From Raillietiella orientalis (taxonomy: Eukaryota), in NCBI GenBank assembly GCA_036172245.1, contig JAYWIR010000055.1, forward strand, positions 806,001 to 870,000: 64,000 bases of DNA, read 5' to 3'. Within the stretch, counting starts at the first letter, position 1. Each line of letters begins with the position of its first letter. The notes below the pieces were generated by a model. That model had not been told where the DNA came from and did not search any database. It saw only the letters and a program-made list of their open reading frames with translations. A program made the translations under genes and the position numbers. Positions 1-12,189 of this stretch are shown here, piece by piece.

Positions 1-39
1 GCTCTGGTTGCCGGGGCCGGGTTCGGTCTCCAGACAGCC

Positions 40-270
40 GAGTGCACGTGGACCCCGCGCACTTCCGCGTCTGGCCACCGCCTACCGGAGAGGCCGATTT
101 GGGCGAGGGTCGAGTGCAGAGGAGATGGTTGGATCACCGGAGGATGCAACGCGACGCAGAAGGGACGCCTCGGGCTTCCTTCGGATACCGACTGCACGGG
201 ATCGCTGAGCTGGAGCAACGAACGAACGCTTCGCGTCTGGTCTCCGGGGACGCGGGAGGACTCGGCTGAG
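40..270 (+). mobile_element. Decayed non-LTR retrotransposon ORF2 fragment (post-RT region)
   Basis: RWLDHRRMQRDAEGTP...GIAELEQRTNASRL weakly resembles the L1/Tx1 post-RT HW...P...GGLG..DL..R..A motif. Confidence 0.3.
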
Positions 271-559
271 GCAATGCGCCGGAAGGAAAGAACCCGGTGG
301 GGAAACCACACTCTCGCGGAGACCCATCTTTCATACGCAGAGGACTTCCCCTCCCTAATCGTGATACTCACACCCTGGAATCACATGTCTCCGTGAGAAG
401 CACTCCGTGCAGCAGTCGACAGTCTCCGTGAGATGCACATAGAAAAACACAAAGCAGTTATTTCTGTTGGGAAAACTCCACATCCAAGACTTCCAACCAC
501 AGCATGCAGAAGCGTTCAAAGCATCAGCAATCAATCACTAAGAGCTAGTTCCACCTTAC

Positions 560-571
560 CGTAATGATGTC
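560..571 (-). CDS. sowah: sowah 12-nt micro-exon (DIIT); gene continues beyond the window start
   Basis: ctcttttgctgtctttCAG|GACATCATTACG|GTAAGG. Phase 0/0. Gives ...LAKQK-DIIT-, matching the expected SOWAH K-D-F-I-S/T-G-Y-T-A-L-H-W. Confidence 0.72.
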
Positions 572-1129
572 CTGAAAGACAGCAAAAGAGACACATCACA
601 AACGGGCAGCGTGAACAAGCACTGCGAAGCACAACGGCAAAGTCACGATCTCGTCAACCCGCGTCAGCGGGAAAGCGTCCCACCCAGGTATCCAGGATTC
701 CTACATGGGAAGCCCATGTCTTGGGACAGTGAGTCACGAGCATCGCCCTCCTGTGGTGACAGCTTGGGTGCTTTCGAGAACGGGAAATTTAGGAAATGCA
801 GCGAACGGTGAGCCGATGCACAGTGGCTGCAATAACCGAAAGCGGCGACTGGTGGAGCTTGCAAAAAAGAAAAAAAGAAAGAAAGAAAAGCAGCAGCACG
901 TAGGAATCGACAGCAGTTCAGGTGAGAAACACAGATGCTTCGAGGGAAGAGCAGATAACGCGCTAATGGATTCTGTGGCTTCAACTGCAGAACATCAACA
1001 CACGTAGACGCACGCACCTCGACCCCAGAAACAACAGGAGGGGAGGAGCCAGCACTTTTTCCCTTTTTTTTCCTTCAACGCACGAAAAGCACAGCCGCAC
1101 TGGCTGAATCCAACCGAAACATTCAACGA

Positions 1130-1541
1130 GCATGAAATGGCCGCGGACGGAAGTCCTCAGTGGGCATCCTCTTCCGTCAGTGGTACTGGGGAAAGGGTGC
1201 CTCCGAACGGCTTTCGGAAAAGATGGGGGCAGCTGTGCGCCCTGTGGAACGCCTTCACCGGCACCGCGGGACTCACGCCGCCCCGGAAAGATTCGGGAAG
1301 ATGGTCCGCTGCGGTCATCTCTCAAACCGCCGGCAATGGCGCCGTTGATCCCGTGTTTCCTTTACCGATCCGTGGATGGCGCCCCACCTCGCTTGCTCCC
1401 TTCCGCGGAACCGGCGGGCTCCTCCAGGCTCTCTGCTGCTGCAATACACGCACTACAGCACGATACGTATCCCATTTACTCCAAATGGAAGCACCCGCAC
1501 CCACTTGGGCTTCTTATCCTGCTTGCTGTCACGCGAACTGA
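1130..1541 (+). mobile_element. Decayed copy of the local L1/Tx1-like family C-terminus, in a sowah intron (antisense to the gene)
   Basis: GAVDP...LQALCCC... aligns by eye with WGAVDPNC...AAFCCLRG of the 33164 ORF. Confidence 0.45.
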
Positions 1542-2835
1542 GTGATTGACGAGATTTCGATCGGGACTGCTCCCTCCCACGATCGCGTTGTGCGGACGCC
1601 GACGGATCAGCCTTACAGGTTGGGAGCGAAAGGGCTGGGCAAGCACGAAGGTGCGGTGCACGCCCAACAGCCTTTCAACGAACGCTGGGCGAAATTCAAG
1701 GGCAGTCAAAGGCATCTCCTCCGTCCCCGGACGGGATGGCTCTCCTGCTCCCTTTCGTGGGATGTACTGGCTTCCGGGTACGAAGCTTTCCGAGCGCATC
1801 CCAAGCTGCACCCTCGGAGGTGAAAGAGCCCCTCGCGCCCCGGGGCGTTCGTCGCCCTGCAAACCATGCGGGAGAGCTTTTTAGCCTTCGTCGCCGGAGC
1901 CGGACCGTCGTAGGGCGGAAAATTCGCCCGTCGTCGGAACGTCCCACGCGCCTCGGCGTGCCCCAAGTCCGAGCGCGCTCAAACCACCCACGATGCGTTC
2001 GGACGAAGGGGAAAGAATTCGCCGGCGAACAGCAACAACGACAAAGATCCCAAAGGAACACTCTCAACCCAACATGTGGTTCCCATCGCTTTTCTATCCG
2101 TTTTCAAAAAAGGGATGTGCTAATCAGAAGAAGCGTTTTAACTGAATGGGGACGCAACGAGGCGAGCGGGGATCCCGTGACCGCGACCGATCGCGCACGG
2201 GCACTCGCCACCAAGGAATGCAATCACTCTGGAAGGAAGGGATGCGTGAATCTCGAAAGGGAGCAGCCTCTGGGACCCTCCGTTCGCACAGATGATCTTC
2301 AGAAGGCCGTCAGCGCGCGGCGCTGCGCCTTGCTGCCCGCGGGCACGCCCGGGCTCGGGGATGCTTTTCGCAACCTGGAGTCGAATCCCTATGAATTCCA
2401 GTCTCCCGACTCGTCGTCCCGCGCGGAGAAACCGGCGGCAGGAAAGGATCGACAAGTGGGCCCGCAAGGGGAGGGGGGGGGGGAGGAGAGAGAGCAGCCG
2501 CCCGTCCGCCGATCCGATTCCCTGCAAATGACACGCACAAAGTCAGTTCGTTGGGAGACGGAGCCCCCCCTCTGCTAGGAGACGTCCCTCGATCCACGCA
2601 CTGCTTGCTCCCGGGCAGACTCCCGCGGATGTGCACCTCGCGAAACTTTCGATTTGATGGACGTGGACGTGGTCGACGAGCACTCCGAGTGCCAAACGCC
2701 GAGCAAAAGATGGGGTCGAGCAAAAACTCAACGATGGGGAAACAGCAGAAAACCGTACAGTATTTCTGCAAATGAGGAAAGCACACGCGAGGAGGCTGTA
2801 CAGGAGTGTCCTTGGAGCGGCGAAGAACACAACAG

Positions 2836-2895
2836 GGAGAGAGAGAGAGAGAGAGAGGGGGGGGGGAAAAAAAGAAGAAGAAGAAGAAGAGAGAA
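2836..2895. repeat. (GA)n / poly-G / poly-A / (GAA)n compound microsatellite
   Basis: Seen directly in the sequence. Confidence 0.9.
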
Positions 2896-3065
2896 GGCAA
2901 GGAAGAAAAACGGGCACGCTCCAAATACGCAGTGATGTGTTCCGATACGACGAACATATGCTCGTGCACCAGACACGGCTTTTTCCTTGTATTTACATGG
3001 CGAGATGGGCGGATTACAGAGAGAGAGGGAGGGGGAGAGAGAAAGGAAAAGAAAACACAGCAAAC

Positions 3066-3167
3066 CTTTTGTTTGGCCAGCCAAGGATGATCCTGCAGCA
3101 TTCTGGCCACTGCTTGATAATCCCCTCTACATGCTCTGAGGAACCATTCTTTCACTAACGGATCCAA
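3066..3167 (-). CDS. sowah: sowah coding exon 5, start of ankyrin region (LDPLVKEWFLRACRGDYQAVARMLQDHPWLAKQK)
   Basis: Acceptor TAG| at 3168 and donor AAG|GTTTGC at 3065. 102 nt, phase 0/0. Matches the SOWAH motif L(E/D)P-x-x-x-EW-x-x-x-A-x-x-G...L-x-x-x-P-x-LA-x-x-K. Confidence 0.88.
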
Positions 3168-3367
3168 CTATTTCAAAAGCAAAAAGTATATGAACTTTCT
3201 TTTTTTGTAGTGACACGGAAATCTACAAGCACAATGCGATTAACACAACTGAAAGAAGTCTAAATCGTTACTCTTTCCCAAGGGGTGTAATACTCGAAGA
3301 GTAGGGGAAAAAAAGGGGGGGGGGGTGAGGAAAAAAAAAAAAAAAAAACGAAGCACACATCCCTTAC

Positions 3368-3409
3368 CGTCGAAGTCACTGAAACGGCGTCATCGTCAAT
3401 GGCCACATT
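3368..3409 (-). CDS. sowah: sowah coding exon 4 (NVAIDDDAVSVTST)
   Basis: Acceptor tctttcctCAG| at 3410 and donor ACG|GTAAGG at 3367. 42 nt, phase 0/0. Acidic DD..SV.S segment just before the ankyrin region. Confidence 0.78.
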
Positions 3410-4103
3410 CTGAGGAAAGAAATTCGCATATGAATTTTTATTTTTTTTTTCCCCCCCCTCAGGAGGAAGCCCCCCTCCCTCCCCCCCCTAAAAAAAAAAA
3501 AAAAACCCTCAAGCACTACTGCTTTTACGAATGTCTATGGGCAACCGAAAACGGAATCACATGGGAATTGGAAACGAAAACGGGGAACCCACGGAAAAAC
3601 ACGCGACTCATCGGTGGTCTGAAGACGGGAATGAACCGCCGTTACGTAGTGGGGAGGAGGGCCCGGCCGTGTACCAATGCTGGAAACCACATGCACCACG
3701 AGGAGGAATCCGTGTGGTGGCAGATGTTTCTCGCAGGCAAAACGGAACGTGGCTGCGCTACGTGTGCACAGCTTCCCCGTGCTGCTGCTCTCTTCCCGTG
3801 GGAACAGCAAGGAGCCGTGAACAACCTCTTTCAAGATGAACGGCACCACAACCTCATACGTACACGGGTAGGATTGCTTCCATTTTTGCCTTTTTTTTTT
3901 TTGTTCAAATAAATTTACTTTAACCGACTGGTCAGCGAGGTCAGCATCACAGTTTGTTCAAAGAAAAACAGCAACAACAACACTCCCACCCACCCACCCT
4001 TTTTTTTTTTTTTTAAATTGAATTTTGCATGAAAGTACTGAATACATTAAAGCATAAATTCCGCGGTTGCGCTCATTCTTTGCACGATGTTATCTCAGCC
4101 TAC

Positions 4104-4667
4104 CTTTTCATGGGACATATGTCTTTTTTTTCCAGAGTCATTGCATTTGCTTAGTTCGGATTGACTAACCATTCGATTGAACTTTTGGGTACGTTCCCTG
4201 ACACTAACGTGAAGAGCATCATTTGATTCCACATTAGGATCCTCTGGTTCAGGAATTTGGTCAAATGTCTTAAAATTCTCTTTCTCATCATGATTTTGTA
4301 TTTTTGGAGAGCGCTGTGATACTTTTCTTGGAGGAACAGGAGGAGGTTCTTGACAAGATTCTTCAGCACCTGACAGTACTGGTATACCCAAATTTTGTAC
4401 ACATGATTCATGATAATCTGTTTTGGAATAAGCATTATTAGGAGACTGAGCTGATTTGGAGAATGGAACGGCAGCAGCAAGAGATGTGCTTTTGTTCAAG
4501 ACATCTTTGCTTTTAGCAGCGGGTGATGTGAATGGTGGACATGGGCTGTTAAAAGAGTCTGGTAAAATGGCTTTTCCTTCAAAGTAAGGAGAAATCGGTG
4601 GGGGTGGTGGTGGAGGTTTTATGGGTCCTTCTAAAAACTTTTCCTTCAAGATTAAGATTTTTTCTTC
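4104..4667 (-). CDS. sowah: sowah coding exon 3 (EEKILILKEKFLEGPIKPPPPPPP...PPPVPPRK...SVRERTQKFNRMVSQSEL...HEK)
   Basis: Acceptor TTGTAG| at 4668 and donor AAG|GTAGGC at 4103. 564 nt open frame (overlaps ORF 4095..4649), proline-rich linker with PxxPxR motif. Confidence 0.85.
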
Positions 4668-5079
4668 CTACAATAATGCAAAAGGTAATTGAGAGAATAC
4701 TGCTTGCAAGTTCTAAATTGCTCAAACTTATATTTTTGGCATTACAGCTTCCATTAAAATAACAATAAGAAATTTCATTTAAGAATTAAACGATTTGTCA
4801 AGAAAAGAACCAAAAATCACGCATGCTCAAGCTAAAATACTGAAAAATGTCATTTTTTTTTTTTTTTTGAAAATTCCTTTAGTTTTTTAGTTTAATACAA
4901 ACACAATTTTGGGTTTGGGTTAACACGAGGTCATAATAAAAAAGCCCAATGAGCAGTCTTTCTGAACGTTAAGCATTACAATTTTCACTGATCCGCATTT
5001 TTGTCAAGTTAATCAAAGCTATACAGACAATTTTTAAATGAACCCAACTAAAAGGCAGTAGAACATAACCTATACTTAC

Positions 5080-5141
5080 ATTATGAATTTCGACTGATGC
5101 TAAAGTATTAATAAATGTTTTAAATTCTGCTCTTGCAAGTT
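5080..5141 (-). CDS. sowah: sowah coding exon 2 ((E)LARAEFKTFINTLASVEIHN)
   Basis: Acceptor ttttTAG| at 5142 and donor |GTAAGT at 5079. 62 nt, phase 1 to phase 0, in frame with exons 1 and 3. Continues the SOWAH N-terminal domain (AR..FK.FVN.LA). Confidence 0.88.
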
Positions 5142-5525
5142 CTAAAAAAGGTTAGATGTTACATGTGGGGTGAAATAAACATGAGTACATAACAAGAATC
5201 ACACATTTAAATATCCTCTTTATAAGCATTCTTATAGTGAGTCATATGTCATTTTGAGATTGGAAACTCCTCTTGCTTGCATACAACTGCTTGCTTAATC
5301 TGTGTACCCTTGCAGAACACAGAACAACAATAACCAAAAAAAATAAAAAATAAAAAATCTATAGATCTTAATCAATGATCAAAACAAAAACATTCAATAG
5401 AGGCAAGCTTGATCTTTGATGTGCAATGCTTTAACTAGGATCTGGAAACAAAACAAATGCTTCCAATCTTTGAAAACCGTACTAGCAAACTGTTTTCTTT
5501 ACAATCAGTGTACAGTCGAACGTAC

Positions 5526-5649
5526 CTTTGGTCGTCGGATCCGTCAAGAAATGCTTAAAGTGATCTAACAAATCAACGTATTTAACTACTCCCCCAGAGT
5601 TCACAAAAAAAGTTCTCAGACTTTCCAGAGTAAATTCCAAAGGAATCAT
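5526..5649 (-). CDS. sowah: Sosondowah-family ankyrin repeat protein, coding exon 1 (MIPLEFTLESLRTFFVNSGGVVKYVDLLDHFKHFLTDPTTK)
   Basis: ATG at 5649 with an in-frame stop just upstream; donor AAAG|GTACG at 5525 (phase 1). The peptide matches the conserved SOWAH N-terminal motif (F-x-x-E-x-L/V-x-x-F...GG-x-V-K-x-x-DL-L-x-HFK-x-FL-x-DP) as I recall it. Confidence 0.88.
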
Positions 5650-6599
5650 CCTTTGAATTCATTAAAACAACTTTATAAGTTGTAAGTCATCTGCTTTTCT
5701 CAGAGAGTTATAACCGCGATAGTCCGTGTTTCTTAAACACTGGGCACACTAAAACAGAATGGACAAATGGATGGATGCACAGAGGGAGGGGGGGGGGCAT
5801 ACAAAAAAGGGGCAACAACACACTAGCCACATAAACAGAAGGGCTAGGAGTTGCCAAGAGTTCCGTTATCCGATGCAAATTCCATTTCTGGGAGGGAGGG
5901 CGTGTACAGAACGGCTCGGATGTGTGTGTGTGTGGTTGCTACCGTACGTACGAACAAAATTTTGCACGCTGAATGAGAGGAATCGGTGGGAGGTCAAATC
6001 TGCGACGGCACCGCGGGCTTCACAGTTTCTGTTTCGAATTTCCGAAATGGATGTGGCAACACGCGATAGGAAACCGGTTGGTTCTGGGGGAGCTGCCTTC
6101 CCTTAGAAACACGGGGGCGAGGAGGGGGGCCCGGCTCAAGGTTTCGAATCGGATGGGGTGGTGACCTTCGACCGAAGAACCCGACCGTCGGTGAAGTGTC
6201 CCCACGACGTGGATGGAAATGGGACACACCCGGCCCAAATCGAGCAAACCGGTAGGAATGACAAGGAAAACATCAATATCGGAAGTGAAATCGACGCTGC
6301 GTAACCCTGAAAGTGGGCAACATGGCCGTCTATGAACTCGGAGTCCCTCGTGGGTCCAGTTTCCCTACTTGCATTTGTTCTAATCGTTCGTTGCGCTTGT
6401 TCGATTTCGGTAACAAATCTCATTTCGCTCAGCAGTTTGCAGCAACAGCACCAGCGAAATTCCTTTTCTGTGAAATTGATCGTTTTTTTTCTTTTTTTTT
6501 CATACCACAAAATTTTTCGTACCAATGTCTACAATCGGTCAAAAATCATTTTATTATAGAGTGTTTTTTAAATCGCGTGTAGGCTCTCGTGATAATCTT

Positions 6600-7420
6600 A
6601 GACGACTTGCAGTAGCTTTTGTTTTCCATGTTTTAAGTAGGAGTTGAGGAAAGAATGCACATGCAATCCGATTCAGATGACCACCCTGTTTACAAACGTT
6701 CGGCAGTTTGCGAACTGAATTTTCTGCTCCATATCCCATCTTCTAAAATTGCAAATTTTAAAATAAAACTTGCTTGCTTCTGGAATGCTTTTGCTTCTTC
6801 CTAGGATACGTGTGGTGGCCATTCCATCTTTTCGTATTTCTGCAGATGGGATCCACTTTTCAAAGATAATCAGCACTTGGCAACACCGGCGCTCTGCGAG
6901 CATCGGAGTTGTCTAGAATTTGCTGGATCTTCTAATTGAAGGCTTGATTGCAGCGTTGAATCGGTCTCTGTGTTACCATTCGGGAAGGTTTTTATTTTTT
7001 TTTATTATTTTGAACTGGTCAGAATAGGCAGTAATCTCTTCCGCAAATAATTCCTGTAGAATTTTCATGCTACGTGATCATTCTGTAATGAAATACGGAG
7101 TTCTCCACTTGTTAGATAACTGTGGTCTCTGTGAATTTCATTCCGCGATATCCTCCTCTGGTTCGTTAATGTTTTTACTCTTTCTTTCTTTCTGATGATT
7201 CGATTTTTCATGACTCCTCCTCTCCCCTTCTTTGTTTCCATTTTTTTTTTCTTTCCTTTCTTCCCATCTTTGCATTTCCAAATGGATTTCGTTTCGAATG
7301 GCTCTAATTAGAAAATTCTGATTACCTTTCAGATTAGGTTCGAAATCACCGTGCACAGCTCGTGTTTACCAAGTAATCTCACGGAAAGCAGCAACAAGAA
7401 ATGACATCGATGCATCCCGA
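6600..7420 (-). mobile_element. Old AT-richer LINE ORF2 C-terminal relics
   Basis: LVAAFREITW*TRAVHGDF...IRNEIHLEMQRW resembles L1/Tx1 C-termini. RWGYG...NVCKQ...AFFPQ..KTW resembles a broken zf-RVT. Confidence 0.3.
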
Positions 7421-7707
7421 TCAGTTTAGGATATTGAGATGTTATGTTTGGGATGGAAAGCAAGGATCCCTATAATTTCATGCTTCGATGTTGACAAAAT
7501 TTATCCTTTTTAACCGAGCAGCCCACACGCAGCTAAACCTGGGGGAAGGCAGGTCACCCTGGGTCCGGGCCGCGGATTCTTCTTCGGCGTTATCTCTTTA
7601 AGAGCAGCAAAGACCAAAGTGAGTGCCGAGGGCACGCCCCACCCTCGGGAGCAGACGTCGTTTTGCCCATTCTGCCGTGCTGTCGTTTATCGATTCGATC
7701 CCACTGC

Positions 7708-8647
7708 TGGTTCCTCTTCAGGTTGCAGGGAATGAAGCTGTAATCGAATGTGCATTATCCCAGGATGAGGATTTTGGGGAAGCTGCGGAGATGCGGAGGG
7801 GATCCAGCAAGAAATCAACACAGTACACGTCTGTTCAAAACACTGCTGGTGTTCCTTGCAGAAGTAGCTCGGCTTGGCCTTTTCCACGTGGTCGTAACGC
7901 TCAGACCAGCTGGCTTTACAGGCCTTCTTTCGAGGACGTCGGCAATGCCGCTGGGGGCATCTTCGAAGATCGTCGGGGTGTCCCGGGATTTCGAAGCCTC
8001 GAAGGAGTTCCGTATAGTTATCGCAATTTAGCAGTGAGCAAAAGACGCTTATCCGCGTGTGGAGCAGCGCAGAAATACCATCAAAGTGATGCAACTGTCA
8101 GCTTACCTTCACGAAGTGTGGCTTTTGAACCTTCGTTCATCAGTTAAAGCTCACCAGGTACCCTCTGCTCCCACACCGGGTCGACACCTGAAGAGATTTT
8201 ATGACTTTTAGGCATAAACATGGAGGGTCATCTGATTCCGGCTGTTCACCGCTCTGGGAGGCATCCGTCCGCACACGCAGTTGCCAATCTACAGATTTCG
8301 CATTGGTTTCTGAGGAATGTGGCACCGCTACTCATCCGCTCCTTCTTGTCTGGTACATTTCAGGCTGTTTACCACGCCAGGCATTTGTAATTAAATGCGT
8401 AGCCGCGGGCTACATGGAAAAGAAGTCGCTTCTCCTGTCTCTGCCCATGGTCTCAGATGAAAGATGTGATGCTGCAAGATCCTCGCTTCGCATTTCCCAC
8501 TTTCTTCACATTTCCCACTTGCTTGTTCGTCCTCTTGCTGATTTCTTGCTGGCTACCCTCCGCATCTCCGCAGCTTCCCCAAAATCCTCATTCGGGATAA
8601 TGCACATTCGATTACAGCTTCATTCCCTACAACCTGAAGAGGAGCCA
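7708..8647. repeat. ~110-bp inverted repeat pair (7708-7817 / 8539-8647), spacer ~720 bp
   Basis: The arms are reverse complements with few mismatches; both translate as GIMHIRLQLHSLQPEEEP on opposite strands. Confidence 0.92.
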
Positions 8648-9149
8648 ACTGATTTGTTGTCGAAAGGCACCATCACTTGCTGATTTTTGCCTTCCTGCCG
8701 CTCTCGTTTCCAGGAATTTCGGAAGGAAACTTGGATCGTTCCCATTTTTTATTTTATTTTATAGTTTTCTTGGTGTTTTAATGATTCCAGGTCATTAACT
8801 TTGCATCCTTCGTTCGTGCGCTGAGCCGGGAACGTCCTGATTCCCAGAAATGAAGATTCGCCCGCTGTGAATGAATCGGGCAAAAGGTTTCCTTGCGGGC
8901 GATCACGATTCTTCCCCACGGCCCGTACGGACTCCGGCCGAGTTACGAGTCGTCAAGGGTTTTCGTAATCATCAGTCGTGAGCTGCGTTGTTTCGATGGA
9001 AAGGGAGAGATGGAGCCAAGATCTCGTTACGGCCTCAATAAATTCCGGGCTCGAGTCGAACAGTGGAGTGAAGCCTCGTTGGTTTCGGACCAGGAAGTCA
9101 TTCACGTTGGGGGATCTGCGTTTCCCTGCCACGGTCTCCTGCATTTTCT

Positions 9150-9660
9150 CCCTACCCATGCAGTCCTGGGGCGAGCGGCCGTCTTCCCGATTCGATCTGC
9201 GAGCGGTCGGCGGCGACACCGCCCTCCTCGAAACAGAGGTTGCAGGCACTGCGGGTCCGGGTGCCCGTGGCGGGTTGGCAGCCACATCTCTCCGCACGCT
9301 GGGCCCCCTGGACAGTCTTTCGCGATGCACCCCACATCACCTAAGTTTCCAGGCTGGGGGTCGGGAACTCGAGCTTTCCCTGAATCCGCGTGCTGGGGTT
9401 GGGGTGGCTGGCCGAGGGCGAGGGGGAGTGTACCTCTCGATGGCTCAGGTTTGCGCCGCCTGCCCGTTTGGAGCCGTGACGTCACCGCACCCCATGGGTA
9501 AGAGATCTGGAGCGGATGACCTAGTGGTTCCTGAGACACGACGATGCAAAACGGAATTGGTGAAGGGCTATCGGAAACTCTTCTGTGGGTTTCGTCATGC
9601 CTTTGGGACCGGAGACCGGCGTGCGACCGAGTCGGAACGTGTCGGTGTGCTGGTCGGCTG
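9150..9660 (+). mobile_element. Decayed APE-endonuclease N-terminal fragments of a LINE
   Basis: DTALLETE...GARGGLAA and ADDLVVPETR...RVGVLV resemble the D(I)xxLQET...GVAIL motifs. Confidence 0.33.
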
Positions 9661-11353
9661 CTAAGAGACCTTCGCAGCAGCTCCGGGGAAGCGGACCAAC
9701 CTGCTTTCACGCCGGGAGTGCTCCACGAGATTTAAGGGGTCGACAGATCTTGATGCGAGGAGCTTTGGGAAGCGAAAAAGGATTTCGTTCATCTTTTCTT
9801 GGGGGAAGAGCAGGCGCAGCTGTTCCCTTTTGGCACTTTTTTATGAAGCCTGCAAATCTCTGCTGGAAGGGAGACGCTGCCGTTCCTGTTGCCTTATCCG
9901 GGACCTGAAGATTAAAAAAACGAAAACAACTTCTCGACTCGCTCCTTCTCATGTGACACGGAAAACATGGTCGATAAATCTCAAATCTGACTTGAAAAAT
10001 AACCTTCTCCGGAGACGAGAACTCGGACCTTTCGATTGGAAAAACACAAAAAACAAAACAAAACAAAAGAGAAAAAAAACAACAAACAAACAAATACTTA
10101 GCTGCAGCCCCACTTGGTACTTTCAGAACGGCAAGGCTTCCCAGGCAGAGCGATGGTTCATTTTTCCCTGATTTGCTAGCTCCTACGGTGAGACCCCAGT
10201 CCTGGGCTGGTTTACCCTTCCCACTTCTGCTCCTGCTTCACATTACATCTTTGAACTGGGTGAAGGGGGTCGGGGTCCGAACCCGCGCCGTTCCTCCCTC
10301 TCCAGCAAACCCCTTTCGAGACAACAACCCCGCGTGCTGCGCACAGAAGATTGCGCGCGAGACACGAAAGCTCCCCTTGCGCCGGAAATGCGGAAAGACC
10401 TGCCTCACCCCCTCCCTCCCCCCTTGGACTGAAACCTGCCGACCTGACGTGGGTGCGACACCGTGGTTTTGTTTGGAACGCTCGCCTTGAACTCCAGCTA
10501 AAATCGCGACTGTCGTAAACCCCGATCTTCGGCAAGCCAAGCAACATCTCGCGTGCACGATGGACAGCTGCGAGCGTAGGGTGGCACAGCTGGAAGATAA
10601 TCCATGGAATGTCTCCGTCTGCAGGTGGATCGCATGCGGTCTGGAACGAAAGGGCTGCAAGAAACTCTTCCGTTTCTGGGAGGCTGCCTGCAACTCCTCG
10701 CCTCAGTGGGCGTGCTGTCTTTTTCACTTTCCGTTTCACTCAGCTCTCACGCTCGCGGGCCTTTCATCTTCCGCGGATGTCTGGACAGGTGCGTCCAAGC
10801 ATCCGTGGAAGTGTAAGTTCCACGGATTCCTGAACTTCTTCTTGCCGAATCGTGATCTTCCCATTGGTGTGCTCCGGCACGCCACATCCACCGGCGATGC
10901 GCTGGAAGCTCAGGATTTATTTCGTTTCTGCCGTGCAACGTACGCCGTAGGACCGGATTTGTCTACCTCCTGAGGCATCTGTCCTCACTACTAGTAGCCC
11001 ACCCGTGGATCTCCTGCCGCTCCATAAAGTGAAACGCCTAGCAGCTCCGGAGCCCTGGGTCGCCTCTTTGGAAGTGCACCCAGGGGAACTGTGACCGCTG
11101 CAGAATGTCCTACGCAAACCTCTGAGGGATCTGCAGGATCGGAGTGTCCCAGATCTCCGTCCACTCCCCATACCGCAGCAATGCCTGCCCTCAGGGCAAG
11201 AAATGACAGTAGCCGACCGGAGGGGGGAGGCTGTCTGCAACACACTGCGGAAGTCGAGAAACTCTTCGACGGCTGCAGGGCGAGCGAGCTGGCGGACGCC
11301 GCCGTCCCTCGTTCCGGAGCGATGGGACTTCTTCTGTGGAGTGACCTGCTTGG

Positions 11354-11830
11354 TTCATCACCCGGTCAAGTCGGGACATTTATTAGCAAAAATAAACATA
11401 CATGTGTAGGGCCATCGGCCCTACATTGTCCGAAAATGCTCGGAACCTGCCGAGTAACCGGCATGCAGACCGTCGAGGTTTGCCTCGGTAGCGGAGGAGG
11501 AGGAGGCAAACAAAAAACTAAAATAACAAAAAAGTAGGTGCAAAAAATTGGGAGGGTTAGGGAAAGGAGTGCTGGAGGGAATCATCTCCACCCTTTCCAG
11601 GGTGCTGGCAAGTTCCATCCGAGTATGCTCCAGATGGGCCCATCCTGCTGCCGTCTGCAGCAAGCTCAAGGAGAAGATGGCGTCCCTGACAGGCCGTGGA
11701 TAGGCTTCCTGCGGGTCGAGATCTCGCAGGAAACCTCCTACTTCTCCGGTAGGCAGGTGCCATGTACCTCGACAGCGGAGGACACCTCTGCAGCAAAGGG
11801 CCACACCTTTGCTCCAGTGTTCTTCCGCTG
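11354..11830 (-). mobile_element. L1/Tx1-like family 3' end (ORF2 C-terminus + structured 3' UTR)
   Basis: LLQTAAGWAHLEHTRMELASTLER aligns with FLRRASRWPHL...ELAGILQR. The UTR has the GGTCTGC-N3-CCGG..TCGGCAGG core, a 9-bp hairpin (11405-11425), AATAAA and the terminal CCCGA-N5-CCGGGTGA. Confidence 0.68.
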
Positions 11831-12189
11831 TTCTAAAACTCTCGGCAGCGGGTAACTTCCGACGGGGCCCGGGCGAGCTGGACCCACGTCCTCACTTTCT
11901 CCTGCCTCCAGACCGGAGTGTTCGCTGGGCGGCAGTGGATCCACGTGGTCGCTCTCACCAGAGCAGCGATACACCGGAGAGGGAAGTCGCAGGATGGGAG
12001 CCAGAGGTGGTGACACGCAAACAGGGTTGCGAGTCCTTCCTTCGCAACCGACCGCCGGCCGGGAGAGCAAACGTGCAGAAGAGCACCAATGGGTGGTCCA
12101 GTTCTATGCCATGAAGGCCGGTCTTCTGAAATTCAGTTGAACTTCCACGCGCTCCAACATCAGGAGTCCAAGTCCTCCATCGCGACAAG

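Noticed and set aside
2310..3065. Remainder of ORF 2310..3167 after ...LAKQK
   Set aside because: Intron read-through across microsatellites; a donor site sits at 3065.
6250..6600. Possible promoter or 5' UTR of a divergent plus-strand gene
   Set aside because: No downstream coding exons or convincing splice pattern found on the plus strand.
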